A stretch of 47,979 nucleotides of DNA from Antricoccus sp. GTDB taxonomy: Bacteria > Actinomycetota > Actinomycetes > Mycobacteriales > Antricoccaceae. The notes below the pieces were generated by a model. That model was not told the DNA's origin. It saw nothing but the letters and a program-made list of their open reading frames with translations, and made no database searches. A program made the translations under genes and the position numbers. Position 1 is the stretch's first letter. The number at the start of each line of letters is the position of its first letter. The stretch is from assembly GCA_039923595.1 (NCBI GenBank), contig JBDTCL010000038.1, positions 1 to 47,979 on the forward strand. The letters are read 5' to 3'. Of this stretch, positions 1-12,936 are shown in pieces.

Positions 1-953
1 CCTGGCGCGATGTCTATCGGATCGATCACTATTTAGGCAAAGAGACTGTCCAGAATCTATTCGCATTTCGTTTTGCCAATGCTCTTTTTGAGCCCGTGTG
101 GAATGCGCACTATGTGGATTCGGTACAAATCACGATGGCTGAGGATGGCGGTATCGGTGGCCGTGCGGCCTTTTATGACCGGACCGGAGCCGGTCGCGAC
201 GTTCTACAGAATCACCTCTTGCAGCTACTTGCATTAACCGCGATGGAAGAGCCTGTGCGGTTCATCCCGTCGGCGATTCGGACCGAGAAACTCAAGGTCC
301 TTCGGGCAATTTCGCTGCCGTCGGATCTGTTGGGGCACGCTATCCGAGGGCAGTACGAGCAAGGCTGGCTCGCAGGCGAACGCGCGAATGGATATTTACA
401 AGAAGACGGCGTGCCCAACGATTCTCGTACCGAGACGTATGCGGCGATTAAATTGCAAGTAGAGACACGGCGATGGGCCGGTGTTCCATTCTATTTACGT
501 ACTGGAAAACGGCTGCCTCGCCGGGTCACCGAGATAGCGCTGACTTTTAAGAAGGCACCGCATTTGCCATTTGCGCCCACCGACACCGAGGAACTTGGCC
601 ACAATCAGCTTGTCATCCGAGTTCAGCCGGACGAGGGCGTCACGCTGCGCTTTGGCTCCAAAGTTCCTGGCACCGTGATGGAGGTTCGCGACGTCGCGAT
701 GGACTTCCTTTACGGCGAAACATTTACCGAATCCAGCCCCGAAGCGTATGAGCGCTTACTTTTAGATGTGTTGCTCGGCGATGCGACCTTGTTTCCACTG
801 AATGAGGAAGTCGAGGCGTCGTGGGCCGTGATTGACCCGCTCGAACAATACTGGGCTACCCAGGAGCCAGCGACCTACCGAGCCGGTGAGTGGGGACCGC
901 GCGAAGCTGACGACATGCTCGCCCGCGACGGCCGCGCCTGGCGTCGGCCATAA
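1..953 (+). CDS. zwf: Glucose-6-phosphate 1-dehydrogenase (5' part outside window)
   Basis: Frame is open from position 3 and contains the RIDHYLGKE motif, [24 protein letters not shown] and the C-terminal AYERLLLD. Stop TAA at 951-953. Followed by opcA-pgl. Confidence 0.97.
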   Translation, partial: WRDVYRIDHYLGKETVQNLFAFRFANALFEPVWNAHYVDSVQITMAEDGGIGGRAAFYDRTGAGRDVLQNHLLQLLALTAMEEPVRFIPSAIRTEKLKVLRAISLPSDLLGHAIRGQYEQGWLAGERANGYLQEDGVPNDSRTETYAAIKLQVETRRWAGVPFYLRTGKRLPRRVTEIALTFKKAPHLPFAPTDTEELGHNQLVIRVQPDEGVTLRFGSKVPGTVMEVRDVAMDFLYGETFTESSPEAYERLLLDVLLGDATLFPLNEEVEASWAVIDPLEQYWATQEPATYRAGEWGPREADDMLARDGRAWRRP

Positions 954-970
954 TCAGGAGGAAAATCGAC

Positions 971-1951
971 ATGACTACGTTGTGGAATACTACCGGTTCG
1001 GCGGTCGTAAAAGCACTCGCGGGTGAGCGACGGACGGGGGGCGCAGTGACCTCCGGCAACGCGCTCACCCTTGTCGTTGTGGTGGACGAGCAGCATATCG
1101 GCGCCGCCGAGAAAGCAGCAGCAATTGCGGCATCGCGTAACCCTTGCCGACTCTTGATCGTGGTACGCCGTGAGGTTGACCTGCCAAAGCCACGCCTAGA
1201 CGCCGAAATCCTCGTCGGTGGACGACTTGGTCCTGGCGAAGCAATCGTGATGCGGATGTACGGCCGGTTAGCGCTGCACGCCGAATCGGTCACCCTGCCG
1301 CTCCTCGCCCCCGACGCACCGGTGGTGACGTGGTGGCACGGCCCACCTCCCAAGCACATCGCGAACGATCCACTGGGCGTGTTTTCGGATCGTCGGATTA
1401 CCGACTGCGGCTGGATCGATGATGGCAAAACTGGACTCCTGGAGCGGGCCCGAGATTTCGCCGCCGGTGACACCGACCTCGCCTGGACCCGGACCACGTC
1501 GTGGCGCTCGGCGCTGGCTTCAACATTCGACACGGTAACCGCTAAAGCTACCCACGTGAGCGTTACCGGTGCCAGACAATCGCCTGCTGTCATGCTGCTT
1601 GCAGGATGGTTATCGTCGCGGTTGCACCTCAAATCCACCATCAAGGTGGCCACACAAAATCTGAACCTTACTGGTATCTCCGGCGTGGATATCGCCCTCG
1701 ATAACGACGAGAGCATCACGTTAGTGCGGGAAAATGGCAGTGTGTTGATCTCACGCACCGGTCAGCAAGAGCAGCGAGCAACCGTCGTCGATCGTGAGCT
1801 TGGGGATCTGCTCACCGAGGAATTGCGGCGGCTGGATGCCGATGAGATCTATGCTGATGCACTCTCGGCGGCGACCGGCGTCAAAAAACTGCGTGACCGC
1901 TCATCAGATCGCACCCACGTGTGGGTTGATCCATTGGAGGGCACCTCGTGA
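971..1951 (+). CDS. opcA: G6PD assembly protein OpcA
   Basis: PCRLLIV, LDAEI, LPLLAPDAPVVTWW, RRITD and DTDLAWTR..WRSALA motifs. SD AGGAGG upstream. Lies between zwf and pgl. Confidence 0.93.
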   Translation: MTTLWNTTGSAVVKALAGERRTGGAVTSGNALTLVVVVDEQHIGAAEKAAAIAASRNPCRLLIVVRREVDLPKPRLDAEILVGGRLGPGEAIVMRMYGRLALHAESVTLPLLAPDAPVVTWWHGPPPKHIANDPLGVFSDRRITDCGWIDDGKTGLLERARDFAAGDTDLAWTRTTSWRSALASTFDTVTAKATHVSVTGARQSPAVMLLAGWLSSRLHLKSTIKVATQNLNLTGISGVDIALDNDESITLVRENGSVLISRTGQQEQRATVVDRELGDLLTEELRRLDADEIYADALSAATGVKKLRDRSSDRTHVWVDPLEGTS

Positions 1952-2700
1952 GCGTTGAACGCATTCTGATCAATCCGGACGCGGCTGCGGTGGCTGGTGC
2001 GGCCGCTGCACGGCTGATCACTGCGATTCTTGATGCACAATCGGCGACCGGAACTGCCTCGGTGGTACTCACCGGTGGCGGTACCGGGATAGGCACCCTG
2101 CAGGCGGTTGCAGCCTCGACGGCAGCTGCGTCAGTGAACTGGTCTGCGGTCGACTTCTGGTGGGGCGACGAGCGATTCATCGCTGCCACCGATAGTGAGC
2201 GAAACGACGTGCAAGCGCACGACGCTTTACTATCCAACGTCGAGGTTGATCCGGCGCGAGTGCACCGGATGCCCGCTGCTGACGGCCAGTTCGGTGATGA
2301 CCCAGATGCCGCAGCGTTCTGGTATGCCGAGCAGCTAGCGGCAGCCGCAGCCAATGGCAGATCGCCGCGCTTCGACGTCGTCATGCTGGGACTAGGCGAG
2401 GAAGGTCATACCGCTTCAATATTTCCGCACTCGGCTGCGGCGACCGACCCGCGTTCGGTTTGCGCTGTTCGAAATTGTCCCAAGCCACCGCCGACCCGGC
2501 TAACGATGACATTTGAGGTGCTAAGCCACGCTACTGATGTTTGGATGCTGACCGCGGGCAAGGCAAAATCTGAAGCAATCGCACGAGCGGCTAGCGGGGC
2601 CAATCGCGAGGAACTGCCCTGTGCGGGTCCGAAAGGGATCGAGCAGACCTTATGGATGATTGATGTCGCCGCAGCCACGCTGCTAGGACAGCGCAACTAG
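1948..2700 (+). CDS. pgl: 6-phosphogluconolactonase
   Basis: LTGGGTG, WGDERF, LGLGEEGHTASIFP and PKPPPTRLTMT motifs. GTGA overlap with the opcA stop. Confidence 0.95.
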   Translation: MSVERILINPDAAAVAGAAAARLITAILDAQSATGTASVVLTGGGTGIGTLQAVAASTAAASVNWSAVDFWWGDERFIAATDSERNDVQAHDALLSNVEVDPARVHRMPAADGQFGDDPDAAAFWYAEQLAAAAANGRSPRFDVVMLGLGEEGHTASIFPHSAAATDPRSVCAVRNCPKPPPTRLTMTFEVLSHATDVWMLTAGKAKSEAIARAASGANREELPCAGPKGIEQTLWMIDVAAATLLGQRN

Positions 2701-2712
2701 AAGGATGCAACG

Positions 2713-2946
2713 CTAACTGACCTTGAAGAGTAATCCGAGAACGACGATACAGACCAACCACAAAAGTCCGACAAAGACCGTAATGAGGTTGAGGTTTTTT
2801 TCGACCACCGACGAGCCGGACAGCTGCGAGGTCATTGAACCGCCAAACATCGAGGAGAGACCGCCGCCGCGACCGCGGTGGAGCAAAACCAAAACGATCA
2901 AGACCACGCTGAAAACGATGAGTCCGATCTCGAAGATTAGCTTCAC
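2713..2946 (-). CDS. secG: Preprotein translocase subunit SecG
   Basis: Two hydrophobic helices flanking LLHRGRGGGLSSMFGG..SGSSVVEKNL. Start moved to GTG at 2946, which follows a GGAGG SD. Confidence 0.93.
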   Translation of the reverse strand: MKLIFEIGLIVFSVVLIVLVLLHRGRGGGLSSMFGGSMTSQLSGSSVVEKNLNLITVFVGLLWLVCIVVLGLLFKVS

Positions 2947-3071
2947 GCTGGTTCGGCCTCCGTGCACTTAGTTGATTAATTGTCTCAAGGTTATGCCCTG
3001 AACCTGATCGTGACCGACGAAGTCCGTCACATAAGATCTCTCGCGCACATAGGATATCGCGCGCGCGACGC

Positions 3072-4793
3072 TCAGCTCGACCCGCCCACGCCGAGTCGAG
3101 CAATGTCATAACCGTGATAGGCCACGCTGTAGGCCACATTTCGCAGCCGCGAACCGGCTAGTAGGACCGAGCGCTCCTCGACAAGTGGCACATACACCGA
3201 GGCGGCCTGTGTCGCATTGACCAACTCCGTTGTCGCCATAGAAGAGTCTGCGGCTCCTTGTGCTTTGTCGATCACTGCGTCGATGCCTTGATCGGACAAT
3301 CCGGCGAAATTACTACCCGCACTTCGGTCGGGCCGTGAATCGACAAGGCGGCTAAGGAAGTTAGTGATGCTGGGAAAATCAGCACTCCATCGGATTGTGA
3401 GAATCGAATATCCGCCGTTTGTCACTGCACCCTTTTGGCCAATAGCTTTGGAGTAATACGTTTGCGGATCGGCACCTAAAGGGGTGCTTGCGATGCCAAC
3501 ATCTTTCAGTGCGGTCACTATGGCCGATGCAACGCCCAGGTCAGCTGGCGAATTAGGAACAGCGATAGTCATCGGCAGGGTTCCCGGTGGCCAGCAACTC
3601 GCGATCGTCGCCGGGTCTGGCGGGGGCGGTTGCGAGCTCGGCACCACCACTGTTGGGGCAAGCTCACTTGGGTATAGCGTCTCTAACGGCATTGCCTCTA
3701 TGCTGCCTCCGAGCGCTTTGACGATCGCGCCCCGATTGAGCGCGGCGGCAACTACTTGACGGCACTGAATCTTGTCAAAAGGCGGCATATAAGTCGGCAG
3801 TACGACGAGCCTGACGCGGCCGTTCGGCGCGTCGGCAGATCGCGCGGCGAGGGATTTGCTTGCACTAATCCGTCGCTCTGTGCGTGGGCTCACTCCCCCG
3901 CCGGTGATATCTAAATCTGCAGCGCCAGAGAGAACCGCTTGGTCACGTTCAATCTGGCTGCGATCTGGTTGCACAATAATCTTTGCGGGCAATGCAGTTC
4001 GCACCATATCGGTTTGTGCAGACCAACGCGGATTGCGAATGAACGTTATGCCGGTCAACGAATCGATGGATTGGATCTTGTATGGACCAGAGGATGCAGG
4101 CGACGCTGCATAGTCTTTTCCGGTATCACGGGCCTGCGGAACTGGCGCCGCCGAAGGCAGTGTCAGGACTTGCCGAAAGTCGGCATAGGGCCTGTTCAAC
4201 GAAAAAATAATGGTGGCGGCATCGGGAGTCTGGATCGAAGTCAGGTCCGGCGGTGACTTACCGTACGGACCCGGGTACGGCGCCGCAGTCGTATCAAGCA
4301 GGCTCAACAGGTAAGGCGGACCACCAACTATTGTATCGGCAGCAAAGTTACGTTCGATGCCGTATTTCACGGCGGTGCTGGTGATGGGCGTGCCATCATC
4401 AAAAGTTGATCCCGGCTTGAGGGTAAAGGTCCAGGTCTTCAGATCAACACTCGGTTGCCCGGTATCCGTTGCAAGATCGGGAACCATTGATTGGTCGTCG
4501 GGTGCGCCGCCGTAGGTCACCAGCGTGCGAGTGTAAAGCCTCATCAAGTTCCAGACCCACGGCGCAGAGGAGCGAGCTGGATCGAGGCTGTCGATATTGC
4601 CGGCTGTCAACCTTAGAATCCCGCCGGCGGTCGCTGACGGCGCGAGTGGTTTGGTGAGTCCAGCGGTGCCGATATCATATTTGCCAGTCGACTCATGAAC
4701 GGTGCGCCGACTTTCGCAGCCGCTCACGACCAGTGCTGCGACGATGAGCAGGATGGCCCAGCGGGCGCCGAGCCGAGATTTCGTCGTGGTCAT
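3072..4793 (-). CDS. ABC transporter substrate-binding lipoprotein (family 5, peptide/Opp-Dpp-like), orphan
   Basis: Signal peptide with lipobox LVVSG|C. IDSLDPA, VPDLA..WTFTLKPG.TFDDGTPITS and SSGPYKI motifs. No permease or ATPase genes adjacent. Confidence 0.88.
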   Translation of the reverse strand: MTTTKSRLGARWAILLIVAALVVSGCESRRTVHESTGKYDIGTAGLTKPLAPSATAGGILRLTAGNIDSLDPARSSAPWVWNLMRLYTRTLVTYGGAPDDQSMVPDLATDTGQPSVDLKTWTFTLKPGSTFDDGTPITSTAVKYGIERNFAADTIVGGPPYLLSLLDTTAAPYPGPYGKSPPDLTSIQTPDAATIIFSLNRPYADFRQVLTLPSAAPVPQARDTGKDYAASPASSGPYKIQSIDSLTGITFIRNPRWSAQTDMVRTALPAKIIVQPDRSQIERDQAVLSGAADLDITGGGVSPRTERRISASKSLAARSADAPNGRVRLVVLPTYMPPFDKIQCRQVVAAALNRGAIVKALGGSIEAMPLETLYPSELAPTVVVPSSQPPPPDPATIASCWPPGTLPMTIAVPNSPADLGVASAIVTALKDVGIASTPLGADPQTYYSKAIGQKGAVTNGGYSILTIRWSADFPSITNFLSRLVDSRPDRSAGSNFAGLSDQGIDAVIDKAQGAADSSMATTELVNATQAASVYVPLVEERSVLLAGSRLRNVAYSVAYHGYDIARLGVGGSS

Positions 4794-5602
4794 CAGGCGG
4801 TGATTTTGGCGCTTCCGCTTGCCGTGCAGATTTTCGCGAACTGCTCGCCGTCTAGGCTCGCGCCACCCACCAACGCCCCATCGACATCAGGTTCTGCGAA
4901 CAATTCCGCCGCATTATCGGCCTTTACCGAACCGCCATAGATGATCCGTATCGAATCAGCAATATCACCGGTGTATAGCTGTGCGAGGGTGTCGCGCAGC
5001 AAGCCGCAGATCTCCTGCGCATCGGCAGGTGTGGCCGTCTTTCCGGTACCGATCGCCCAGATTGGTTCGTAAGCGATAACGAGGGTGCGCGCCTGATCAG
5101 CCAAGATACCGTCCACCGCAGCGGTCAGTTGCGCGACGCAATGCGCGCCCTGCTCCCCGGCCTCGCGGACTTCGAGACCTTCGCCGACACAAATTATTGC
5201 CACAATGCCATTCTTCAGCGCGGCTAACGCCTTGGCATTGACGGTGGCATCACTTTCAGCGTGATATTGACGGCGCTCAGAGTGACCGACTACGACGTAA
5301 CTACAGCCGAGTTTGGCGAGCATCGAGCCGCTCACTTCGCCGGTATACGCGCCAGAATCGTGAACAGAGATGTCTTGCGCGCCGTATTTCACCTCAAGCT
5401 CATCGCCGTCGATCAACGTTTGTACTCCGCGGATCGAAACGAATGGTGGCAGCACCACAACTTCTGCTTGATCGAGTTCCTTCTCGCTCAGACTGAATGC
5501 GATCTTTTGCACCAGTGCGATCGCTTCGAGGTGCGTGAGGTTCATTTTCCAGTTGCCAGCAATGAGTGGCAGTCGGCCAAATTGGTGATTGTGAGCAGCC
5601 AT
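4793..5602 (-). CDS. tpiA: Triosephosphate isomerase
   Basis: [29 protein letters not shown] and LVGGASL motifs. Confidence 0.98.
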   Translation of the reverse strand: MAAHNHQFGRLPLIAGNWKMNLTHLEAIALVQKIAFSLSEKELDQAEVVVLPPFVSIRGVQTLIDGDELEVKYGAQDISVHDSGAYTGEVSGSMLAKLGCSYVVVGHSERRQYHAESDATVNAKALAALKNGIVAIICVGEGLEVREAGEQGAHCVAQLTAAVDGILADQARTLVIAYEPIWAIGTGKTATPADAQEICGLLRDTLAQLYTGDIADSIRIIYGGSVKADNAAELFAEPDVDGALVGGASLDGEQFAKICTASGSAKITA

Positions 5603-5605
5603 GAA

Positions 5606-6802
5606 TTAGTTCTCCAATACCTCAATACCCGGGAGGCGCTTGCCCTCGAGATACTCCAATGACGCGCCGCCGCCGGTAGAAATGTGAGAGAAGGCGGCCT
5701 CATCAACATCGAGCGTGCGTATCGCGGCCGCGCTGTCCCCACCGCCGACCACTGAAAAAGCAGCGCAGTTTGCGATCGCCCGCGCAACTCCCAGCGTTCC
5801 GCTGGCGAATGCTGGCATCTCGAATACGCCCATCGGACCGTTCCAGAAGATCGTCTTGGCATTGGCTATCACGGCGCTGAAATCAGCAACTGCGCGTGGC
5901 CCGATATCCAAGCCCATCTGATCATCAGGAATGTCAGCCGCGTCGACTAGAGTCGCTGGTGCCTCTGCCAGGAATTGCGGCGCACACACTACGTCGGCGG
6001 GAAGCATAATTTTGTCGCCGGCGGCCGCTAATAAATCCTTGCAGGTGCCGATCTGATCTTGTTCCAACAATGAGCCACCAACTGATCGACCCTGAGCGGC
6101 GAGAAAGGTAAAACACATTCCGCCGCCGACAAGTAGCTTGTCAACCTTGGGCAGCAAAGCTTCGATGACAGCCAACTTGTCTGAGACCTTGCTGCCGCCG
6201 AGAACGACCACATAGGGCCGGTCTGGATTCTCTGTAAGGCGCTGCAAAACATTTATTTCGGATTCAACGAGACCGCCCGCGTACGCCGGGAGCCGTTTTG
6301 CGATGTCATAAACGCTGGCTTGCTTGCGGTGTACAACCCCGAAGCCCTCTGAAACGTATGCCGCGTCCGGCCCCACCAGCGCGACCAAGTCGCTTGCGAG
6401 CGCATCACGCTCGCGATCATCCTTGCTCGTCTCGCGAGAATCGAACCGAATGTTTTCCAGGACCACAATGTCGCCGTCTTGCATTGCCGAGACTGCCGCT
6501 ACGGCTTTCTCACCCACCACGTCGCCTGCCAAAACTACCGACTTGTGGATCAATTCGCTGAGCGCGGTCACGGCCACCTTTAGGCTAAAGCGTGGATCTG
6601 GTTCACCCTTTGGCCGACCAAGATGGGCCATGATAATAACCTTGGCACCGGCGTCGCTCAACTTCATGACGGTCGGCGCAGTCGCTTCAATCCGGCCGCG
6701 ATCGGTGATGACATCACCGTCAAGAGGCACATTTAGATCTGCCCGCATGAGAATGTTTCGGCCCCGCACACCATCTTTGAGCAGATCGGTCAGATTCTTC
6801 AT
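5606..6802 (-). CDS. pgk: Phosphoglycerate kinase
   Basis: [31 protein letters not shown] and [15 protein letters not shown] motifs. Confidence 0.98.
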   Translation of the reverse strand: MKNLTDLLKDGVRGRNILMRADLNVPLDGDVITDRGRIEATAPTVMKLSDAGAKVIIMAHLGRPKGEPDPRFSLKVAVTALSELIHKSVVLAGDVVGEKAVAAVSAMQDGDIVVLENIRFDSRETSKDDRERDALASDLVALVGPDAAYVSEGFGVVHRKQASVYDIAKRLPAYAGGLVESEINVLQRLTENPDRPYVVVLGGSKVSDKLAVIEALLPKVDKLLVGGGMCFTFLAAQGRSVGGSLLEQDQIGTCKDLLAAAGDKIMLPADVVCAPQFLAEAPATLVDAADIPDDQMGLDIGPRAVADFSAVIANAKTIFWNGPMGVFEMPAFASGTLGVARAIANCAAFSVVGGGDSAAAIRTLDVDEAAFSHISTGGGASLEYLEGKRLPGIEVLEN

Positions 6803-6878
6803 ATATGTCTACTCCTTCGATACGAGCGTTCCGCGAGCCCGAACTGATCGACGCTTCGAACCGGGGACGCCCTAGTCG

Positions 6879-7913
<1,035 letters not shown>

Positions 7914-7959
7914 TCAGTAACCGCACGCTGAGCTCAGTAATGCCCGCGTGATCTGCCAA

Positions 7960-7965
7960 ATTCTA
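7960..7965 (-). promoter_or_regulatory. Putative SigA -10 element (TAGAAT) of the gap-pgk-tpiA operon
   Basis: TAGAAT just after the whiA stop, about 77 nt upstream of the gap start. Confidence 0.5.
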
Positions 7966-7973
7966 CAGGGCCG

Positions 7974-8954
7974 CTATTGAGCGAGCATCTCTTCGGTGAC
8001 CACAGACTCCGTATCAGCAATACCTTCATCCTCAGCACGCTTATCAGCTAGTGCGAGTAAGCGCCTGATCCGGCCAGCGACAGCATCTTTGGTCATCGGC
8101 GGATCGGCAAGCTGCCCCAGTTCTTCCAGTGAAGCCTGGCGATGCTCAACTCGCAGCCGACCGGCGAAGACGAGATGGTCCGGTACATCCTCGCCGAGGA
8201 TTTCTAGCGCGCGCTGGACCCGCGCACTTGCCGCGACGGCGGCACGAACCGAGCGGCGTAGGTTCGCATCGTCGAAATTTGCCAGCCGATTGGCGCTGGA
8301 GCGGATCTCGCGACGCATCCGTCGCTCTTCCCACGCCAGCACGCTTTCGTGCGCACCGATGCGGGTCAACATGGCCGCAATCGCGTCACCATCACGAATC
8401 ACCACGCGGTCAGCTCCACGCACCTCACGCGCTTTGGTGCTTACCCCGAGACGTCGAGCTGCACCAACGAGAGCTAATGCGGCCTCGTTGCCTGGACAGG
8501 TAATTTCCAGGGACGATGAACGGCCGGGCTCAGTGAGGGAGCCATGAGTCATGAACGCGCCACGCCAGGCCGACTCGCAATCGCACGTGCCACCAGCGAC
8601 GACGGCCGGTGGCAGGCCGCGGACGGGCCTGCCGCGCAAGTCAATCAATCCGACCTGCCGGGCAAGATCATCGCCACCTTGGGAAATGCGAACCACAAAC
8701 CGACTTCCCTTGCGCAGGTTGCCCCCGCTCATCATCTTAATTTCGCTCGGCATCCCGAAAAGATCCAAAATTTCCCTGTGCAGACGACGTGCCACCGAAC
8801 CGGTATCCAGTTCTGCCTCGATCACGATTCGACCAGCCACCAGGTGCAAACCACCCGCAAGACGCAGCATGGTCGCGACTTCGGCTTTGCGGCAACAACT
8901 CTTGCGGACTGGTACTCGTGAAAGCTCTGCTTTCACATCTGCTGTCATCGCCAT
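7974..8954 (-). CDS. whiA: DNA-binding protein WhiA
   Basis: [12 protein letters not shown] start, [33 protein letters not shown] and the [28 protein letters not shown]. Confidence 0.97.
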   Translation of the reverse strand: MAMTADVKAELSRVPVRKSCCRKAEVATMLRLAGGLHLVAGRIVIEAELDTGSVARRLHREILDLFGMPSEIKMMSGGNLRKGSRFVVRISQGGDDLARQVGLIDLRGRPVRGLPPAVVAGGTCDCESAWRGAFMTHGSLTEPGRSSSLEITCPGNEAALALVGAARRLGVSTKAREVRGADRVVIRDGDAIAAMLTRIGAHESVLAWEERRMRREIRSSANRLANFDDANLRRSVRAAVAASARVQRALEILGEDVPDHLVFAGRLRVEHRQASLEELGQLADPPMTKDAVAGRIRRLLALADKRAEDEGIADTESVVTEEMLAQ

Positions 8955-9045
8955 TATCGCCGTAACCTCCGGATATCACTAAATCTGCCGCAATCATTGT
9001 GCACCGTTTGGCAAGGACCTTCATCTCTCACGCTGAGGTTGATGT

Positions 9046-10032
9046 TCACCGTCGGGCGAGCGCGAGGTACGTCTCAGTTAATAACGCGGCGTACTTCGCC
9101 TGATCGTGCACGCCTGGTTGATCGTCGCGTTCGATCGAACCCACAAAGAGCGTGGCGCCGATTCGGCGGCAGGCATTGCGTAACGTCGCGACATCGCTCA
9201 GTGCATCCTCGTCTGCGATCACCGCGTCAATGCGCAGATCCGGGGCGTGATCACAAAGCGCCTGAAGCAACTCAGCGGGCGAAAAATTATCGGTTTCTCC
9301 TGGTTGCGCGGCGAGATTCAGGGCTATCACCCGCAAAGCGGACGATTGCTCGATCGCCACGCGTAATTGCGGCACCATCAGATGCGGGATCACCGAGGTA
9401 AACCATGAACCAGGTCCCAGCACGATCAGATTCGCTTCTGCGACTGCCCGGCACGCATCGTCGCACGCTGGTGGATCTGCCGGTACGAGCGTCACCGATT
9501 CGACCCGCCCCGGGGTGGTCGCGACCGCCACCTGACCACGGATCTTGCGGATGGCCCGCGGATCGGCACCATCAAGTCCGGACACATTCGCGACAATCTC
9601 AAGCGGCTGGGTCGACATCGGCAGGACTGTGCCTACCGATCCGGCGACCCGGCCCACCATTGCCAGCGCGGCGACTGGATCGTTACCGAGGACTTCAGAA
9701 AGTCCAGTGATCAGCAAATTGCCCACATTGTGGCCAGCCAAGGCGCCTTGGCCACCGAAACGATGTTGCAGAAGTTCGGCGAAAACCCGCTGCCCATCAT
9801 CTGCCCCACTAAGTGCGGCAATCGCCATCCGCAAATCTCCAGGCGGGAGCATTGAGGGTAACTCCCGGCGAATGCGGCCACTGGATCCGCCATCGTCGGC
9901 CACTGTGACGACGGCGGTGATGCCTGTGGCAATCAGCCGTAACGCACTCAACGTTGCCGCGAGGCCGTGGCCGCCGCCAAGGGCCACCACGCTATCGATC
10001 ACCGGATCAATCGGCGTGTTGTGAACGCTCAC
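9046..10032 (-). CDS. yvcK: YvcK/CuvA/GlmR family UDP-GlcNAc-binding protein (gluconeogenesis factor)
   Basis: VALGGGHGL, VTVADDGGSSG, PPGDLR and LGPGSWFTSVIP motifs. Sits between rapZ and whiA. Confidence 0.93.
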   Translation of the reverse strand: MSVHNTPIDPVIDSVVALGGGHGLAATLSALRLIATGITAVVTVADDGGSSGRIRRELPSMLPPGDLRMAIAALSGADDGQRVFAELLQHRFGGQGALAGHNVGNLLITGLSEVLGNDPVAALAMVGRVAGSVGTVLPMSTQPLEIVANVSGLDGADPRAIRKIRGQVAVATTPGRVESVTLVPADPPACDDACRAVAEANLIVLGPGSWFTSVIPHLMVPQLRVAIEQSSALRVIALNLAAQPGETDNFSPAELLQALCDHAPDLRIDAVIADEDALSDVATLRNACRRIGATLFVGSIERDDQPGVHDQAKYAALLTETYLALARR

Positions 10033-10916
10033 TCGTTGCCCAAATCGCGATGATCGATCCGGGTTTGGAACTGCGGCTTCTTCAGCCGCGCTGCGAGCGC
10101 TTCGGCCATCGCGACTGATCGGTGCTTACCGCCGGTGCAGCCAATAGCGATGGTCACATAACGCTTGCCCTCGCGCCGGTAACCCCCGCTGACGGTCCGA
10201 ATGAGTGCCTCCAACTGATCGAGCGCTTGTGCTGCGCCGTCGCGCGTAAGCACATAATCGCTGACCGCTTCGTCTTTTCCAGATTGCGGACGCAGTTCGG
10301 GCTGCCAGTACGGATTGGGTAAGAATCGTGCATCAAAAACGATATCCGCATCGAGCGGTATGCCGTATTTGAATCCGAACGACATGATCGTAGCCGGTAG
10401 CGCCGCGGACGTGTCCTGGTTAAACACATCCTCAAGTCGGCGGCGCAGATCATGAACCGATAGTTGCGAGGTGTCGATGAGCACATCTGCTTTGGCGCGC
10501 GCAGGTTTCAATAGCTCCGCTTCTGCACTAATCCCATCGATGATTCGGCCGTTATCTTGCAACGGGTGGGCCCGCCGCACACTTTCGAATCGGCGAACTA
10601 GTACATCGTCAGAGGCGTCCAAAAAGACGACCTTGGGTCGCACGCCATTATTTTCCAGGATCACCAGCACGTCACTAAGACGATCAAAAAAGCTACGACT
10701 ACGCACATCGGTGACGATCGCGAGTTTGCCGATTGCGCCCGAGGAATGCGAACCAAGGTCAAGAATGGTCGGAATTAACGCTGGTGGCAGATTGTCGACG
10801 ACGTAGTAGCCCAAGTCTTCAAGCACCCGGGCTGCGGTTGTGCGGCCGGCACCTGATCGTCCGGTGATCAGGACTACTTCGATTGCTTCAGATTCAGCTT
10901 CCTCCGGCGATACCAT
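10029..10916 (-). CDS. rapZ: RNase adapter RapZ (YvcJ) P-loop protein
   Basis: [10 protein letters not shown]-loop, [24 protein letters not shown] and [11 protein letters not shown] motifs. Confidence 0.95.
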   Translation of the reverse strand: MVSPEEAESEAIEVVLITGRSGAGRTTAARVLEDLGYYVVDNLPPALIPTILDLGSHSSGAIGKLAIVTDVRSRSFFDRLSDVLVILENNGVRPKVVFLDASDDVLVRRFESVRRAHPLQDNGRIIDGISAEAELLKPARAKADVLIDTSQLSVHDLRRRLEDVFNQDTSAALPATIMSFGFKYGIPLDADIVFDARFLPNPYWQPELRPQSGKDEAVSDYVLTRDGAAQALDQLEALIRTVSGGYRREGKRYVTIAIGCTGGKHRSVAMAEALAARLKKPQFQTRIDHRDLGNE

Positions 10917-12930
10917 GATCCTCCTTAGTCGGTGTCAATTGCGCTCGGTCGAGCAATTCCCCGGTGAGTGGATCGACGGCATTGACCTCGGGCGCGTCGT
11001 CAGCATGCAGCGCGGCATAGATCGATTCGCCGGTGCGTAGCCCGATACCGTCGACCTCAGTCAAGTCCTCAATCGTGGCCGCGCGTAATCGTCGGACGCT
11101 GCCAAATGTTGCTAACAGCGCGCGTTTGCGCGTACTGCCTAGCCCCGCAACATCATCGAGCACGCTCGCGGTCATCGCTTTCCCCCGTTTCTGACGATGG
11201 AAGGTGATCGCGAATCGATGGGCCTCATCGCGGACTCGCTGCAATAGATAGAGCGCCTCGCTATTGCGAGGCAAAATATACGGATCATCCTCACCTGGAA
11301 GCCACACTTCTTCTAGTCGCTTAGCGAGCCCGATCAACGCAATATCCGTAATCCCTAGCTCGGCTAAAGCCGCAGCTGCCGCGTTCACCTGGGGCGCGCC
11401 ACCATCGACAATGAACAGATTTGGCGGATAGGCGAAGCGCTTTGGTCGACCATCAGGCTCGGCTGATTCGTCTTGTTTTGCTTGGAGGTAGCGCGCAAAG
11501 CGTCGACTCACCACTTCATGAACCGCGGCGGTGTCATCGACACCTTCGCCCTGGCGTACTTGATCTACGCCCAGTGATCGGCCGTCACGCTCAGCACCCT
11601 TGATAGTGAAACGTCGGTATTCACTTTTGCGCGCTAAACCGTCCTCGAAAACGACCATGCTGGCGACAACATTTGTCCCTTGCACGTGTGAGACATCGAT
11701 GCATTCGATCCGTAGTGGTGCATCAGCAAGCGCAAGATGATCTTGCAGCTCAGCAAGCGCTGCCGAGCGAGCCGTGAGGTCGCTCGCACGCTTCAGTCGA
11801 TGCTGGTTGAAGGCTTCTTTGGCATTGCGGGCGACGGTCTCATGCAATGCTTTCTTATCACCGCGCTGCGGTACTCGGATCTCTACGCGACCACCGCGCA
11901 GGCTCTCCAGTCGATTTTGATGCGCTAAGAGGTCAACGGGCAACTGTGGCACCAGTATTTCTCTCGGCACCAGATTCGCGTGGTTCGCTGCCGCATCCTG
12001 ATCGTAGATCTGCAGCAGGTAGGAAGAGACGAGTTCGGCAGTTGTGACCTCCTCGACCTTGTCGACGATCCAGCCACGGCGACCGCGAACCCGACCATCT
12101 CGAACATGAAAGACCTGAACTGATGCCTCGAAATCGTCTTGCTCGATAGCCACCACATCAGCATCGGTGCCGTCTGGCAAGACGATCGCGTTCTTTTCCA
12201 TTGCGCGCGTGAGAGCGTCTATGTCATCACGCAATCGGGCAGCGCGCTCGAAGTCCAAATCATCTGAGGCCGCCCGCATCTGCCGCTGCATCTTTTTTAG
12301 GTATCGATCAGTTTTGCCACTCATATAGTCGCAGAAGTCATCAACGATCTGGCGATGCTCCTCGGCGCTTACCCGTCCGATGCACGGTGCCGAACATTTG
12401 CCGATGTAACCCAATAGACAAGGCCGACCCATCTGACCATGTCGTTTGAAAACCCCGTTGGAGCACGTGCGAGCGGGAAAGACTCGAGTGAGTAGGTCAA
12501 GTGTTTCGCGAATCGCCCACGCGTGCGCGTACGGTCCGAAATACCGCACTCCTTTGCGTTTCGGGCCCCGCATCACTTGCAGTCGCGGATATTCCTCATT
12601 TAAGGTCACCGCAAGGCTCGGATAGCTCTTGTCGTCGCGGTATCGGACGTTGAAACGCGGGTCATACTCCTTGATCCACGAGTACTCAAGTTGCAGCGCT
12701 TCGACCTCGTTGTTGACGACGGTCCAGTCAACCCGCGCCCCCGCGAGAACCATTTGCTGGGTGCGTTGATGTAACGCTGAAATATCTTGAAAATATGAGG
12801 ATAATCGGCTACGTAGACTGATCGCTTTGCCGACATAGATGACTCGGCCATCTTTGTCATAGAACCGATAGACACCGGGCTCGACCGGTATCGATCCCGG
12901 TTGCGGACGATAAGTCGACGGATCTGCCAC
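10894..12930 (-). CDS. uvrC: Excinuclease ABC subunit C
   Basis: [57 protein letters not shown] and a C-terminal HhH. Confidence 0.98.
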   Translation of the reverse strand: MADPSTYRPQPGSIPVEPGVYRFYDKDGRVIYVGKAISLRSRLSSYFQDISALHQRTQQMVLAGARVDWTVVNNEVEALQLEYSWIKEYDPRFNVRYRDDKSYPSLAVTLNEEYPRLQVMRGPKRKGVRYFGPYAHAWAIRETLDLLTRVFPARTCSNGVFKRHGQMGRPCLLGYIGKCSAPCIGRVSAEEHRQIVDDFCDYMSGKTDRYLKKMQRQMRAASDDLDFERAARLRDDIDALTRAMEKNAIVLPDGTDADVVAIEQDDFEASVQVFHVRDGRVRGRRGWIVDKVEEVTTAELVSSYLLQIYDQDAAANHANLVPREILVPQLPVDLLAHQNRLESLRGGRVEIRVPQRGDKKALHETVARNAKEAFNQHRLKRASDLTARSAALAELQDHLALADAPLRIECIDVSHVQGTNVVASMVVFEDGLARKSEYRRFTIKGAERDGRSLGVDQVRQGEGVDDTAAVHEVVSRRFARYLQAKQDESAEPDGRPKRFAYPPNLFIVDGGAPQVNAAAAALAELGITDIALIGLAKRLEEVWLPGEDDPYILPRNSEALYLLQRVRDEAHRFAITFHRQKRGKAMTASVLDDVAGLGSTRKRALLATFGSVRRLRAATIEDLTEVDGIGLRTGESIYAALHADDAPEVNAVDPLTGELLDRAQLTPTKEDHGIAGGS

Positions 12931-12936
12931 GCCATA

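Noticed and set aside
856-1758. 300-aa minus-strand ORF
   Set aside because: Antisense to zwf/opcA with no recognisable domain.
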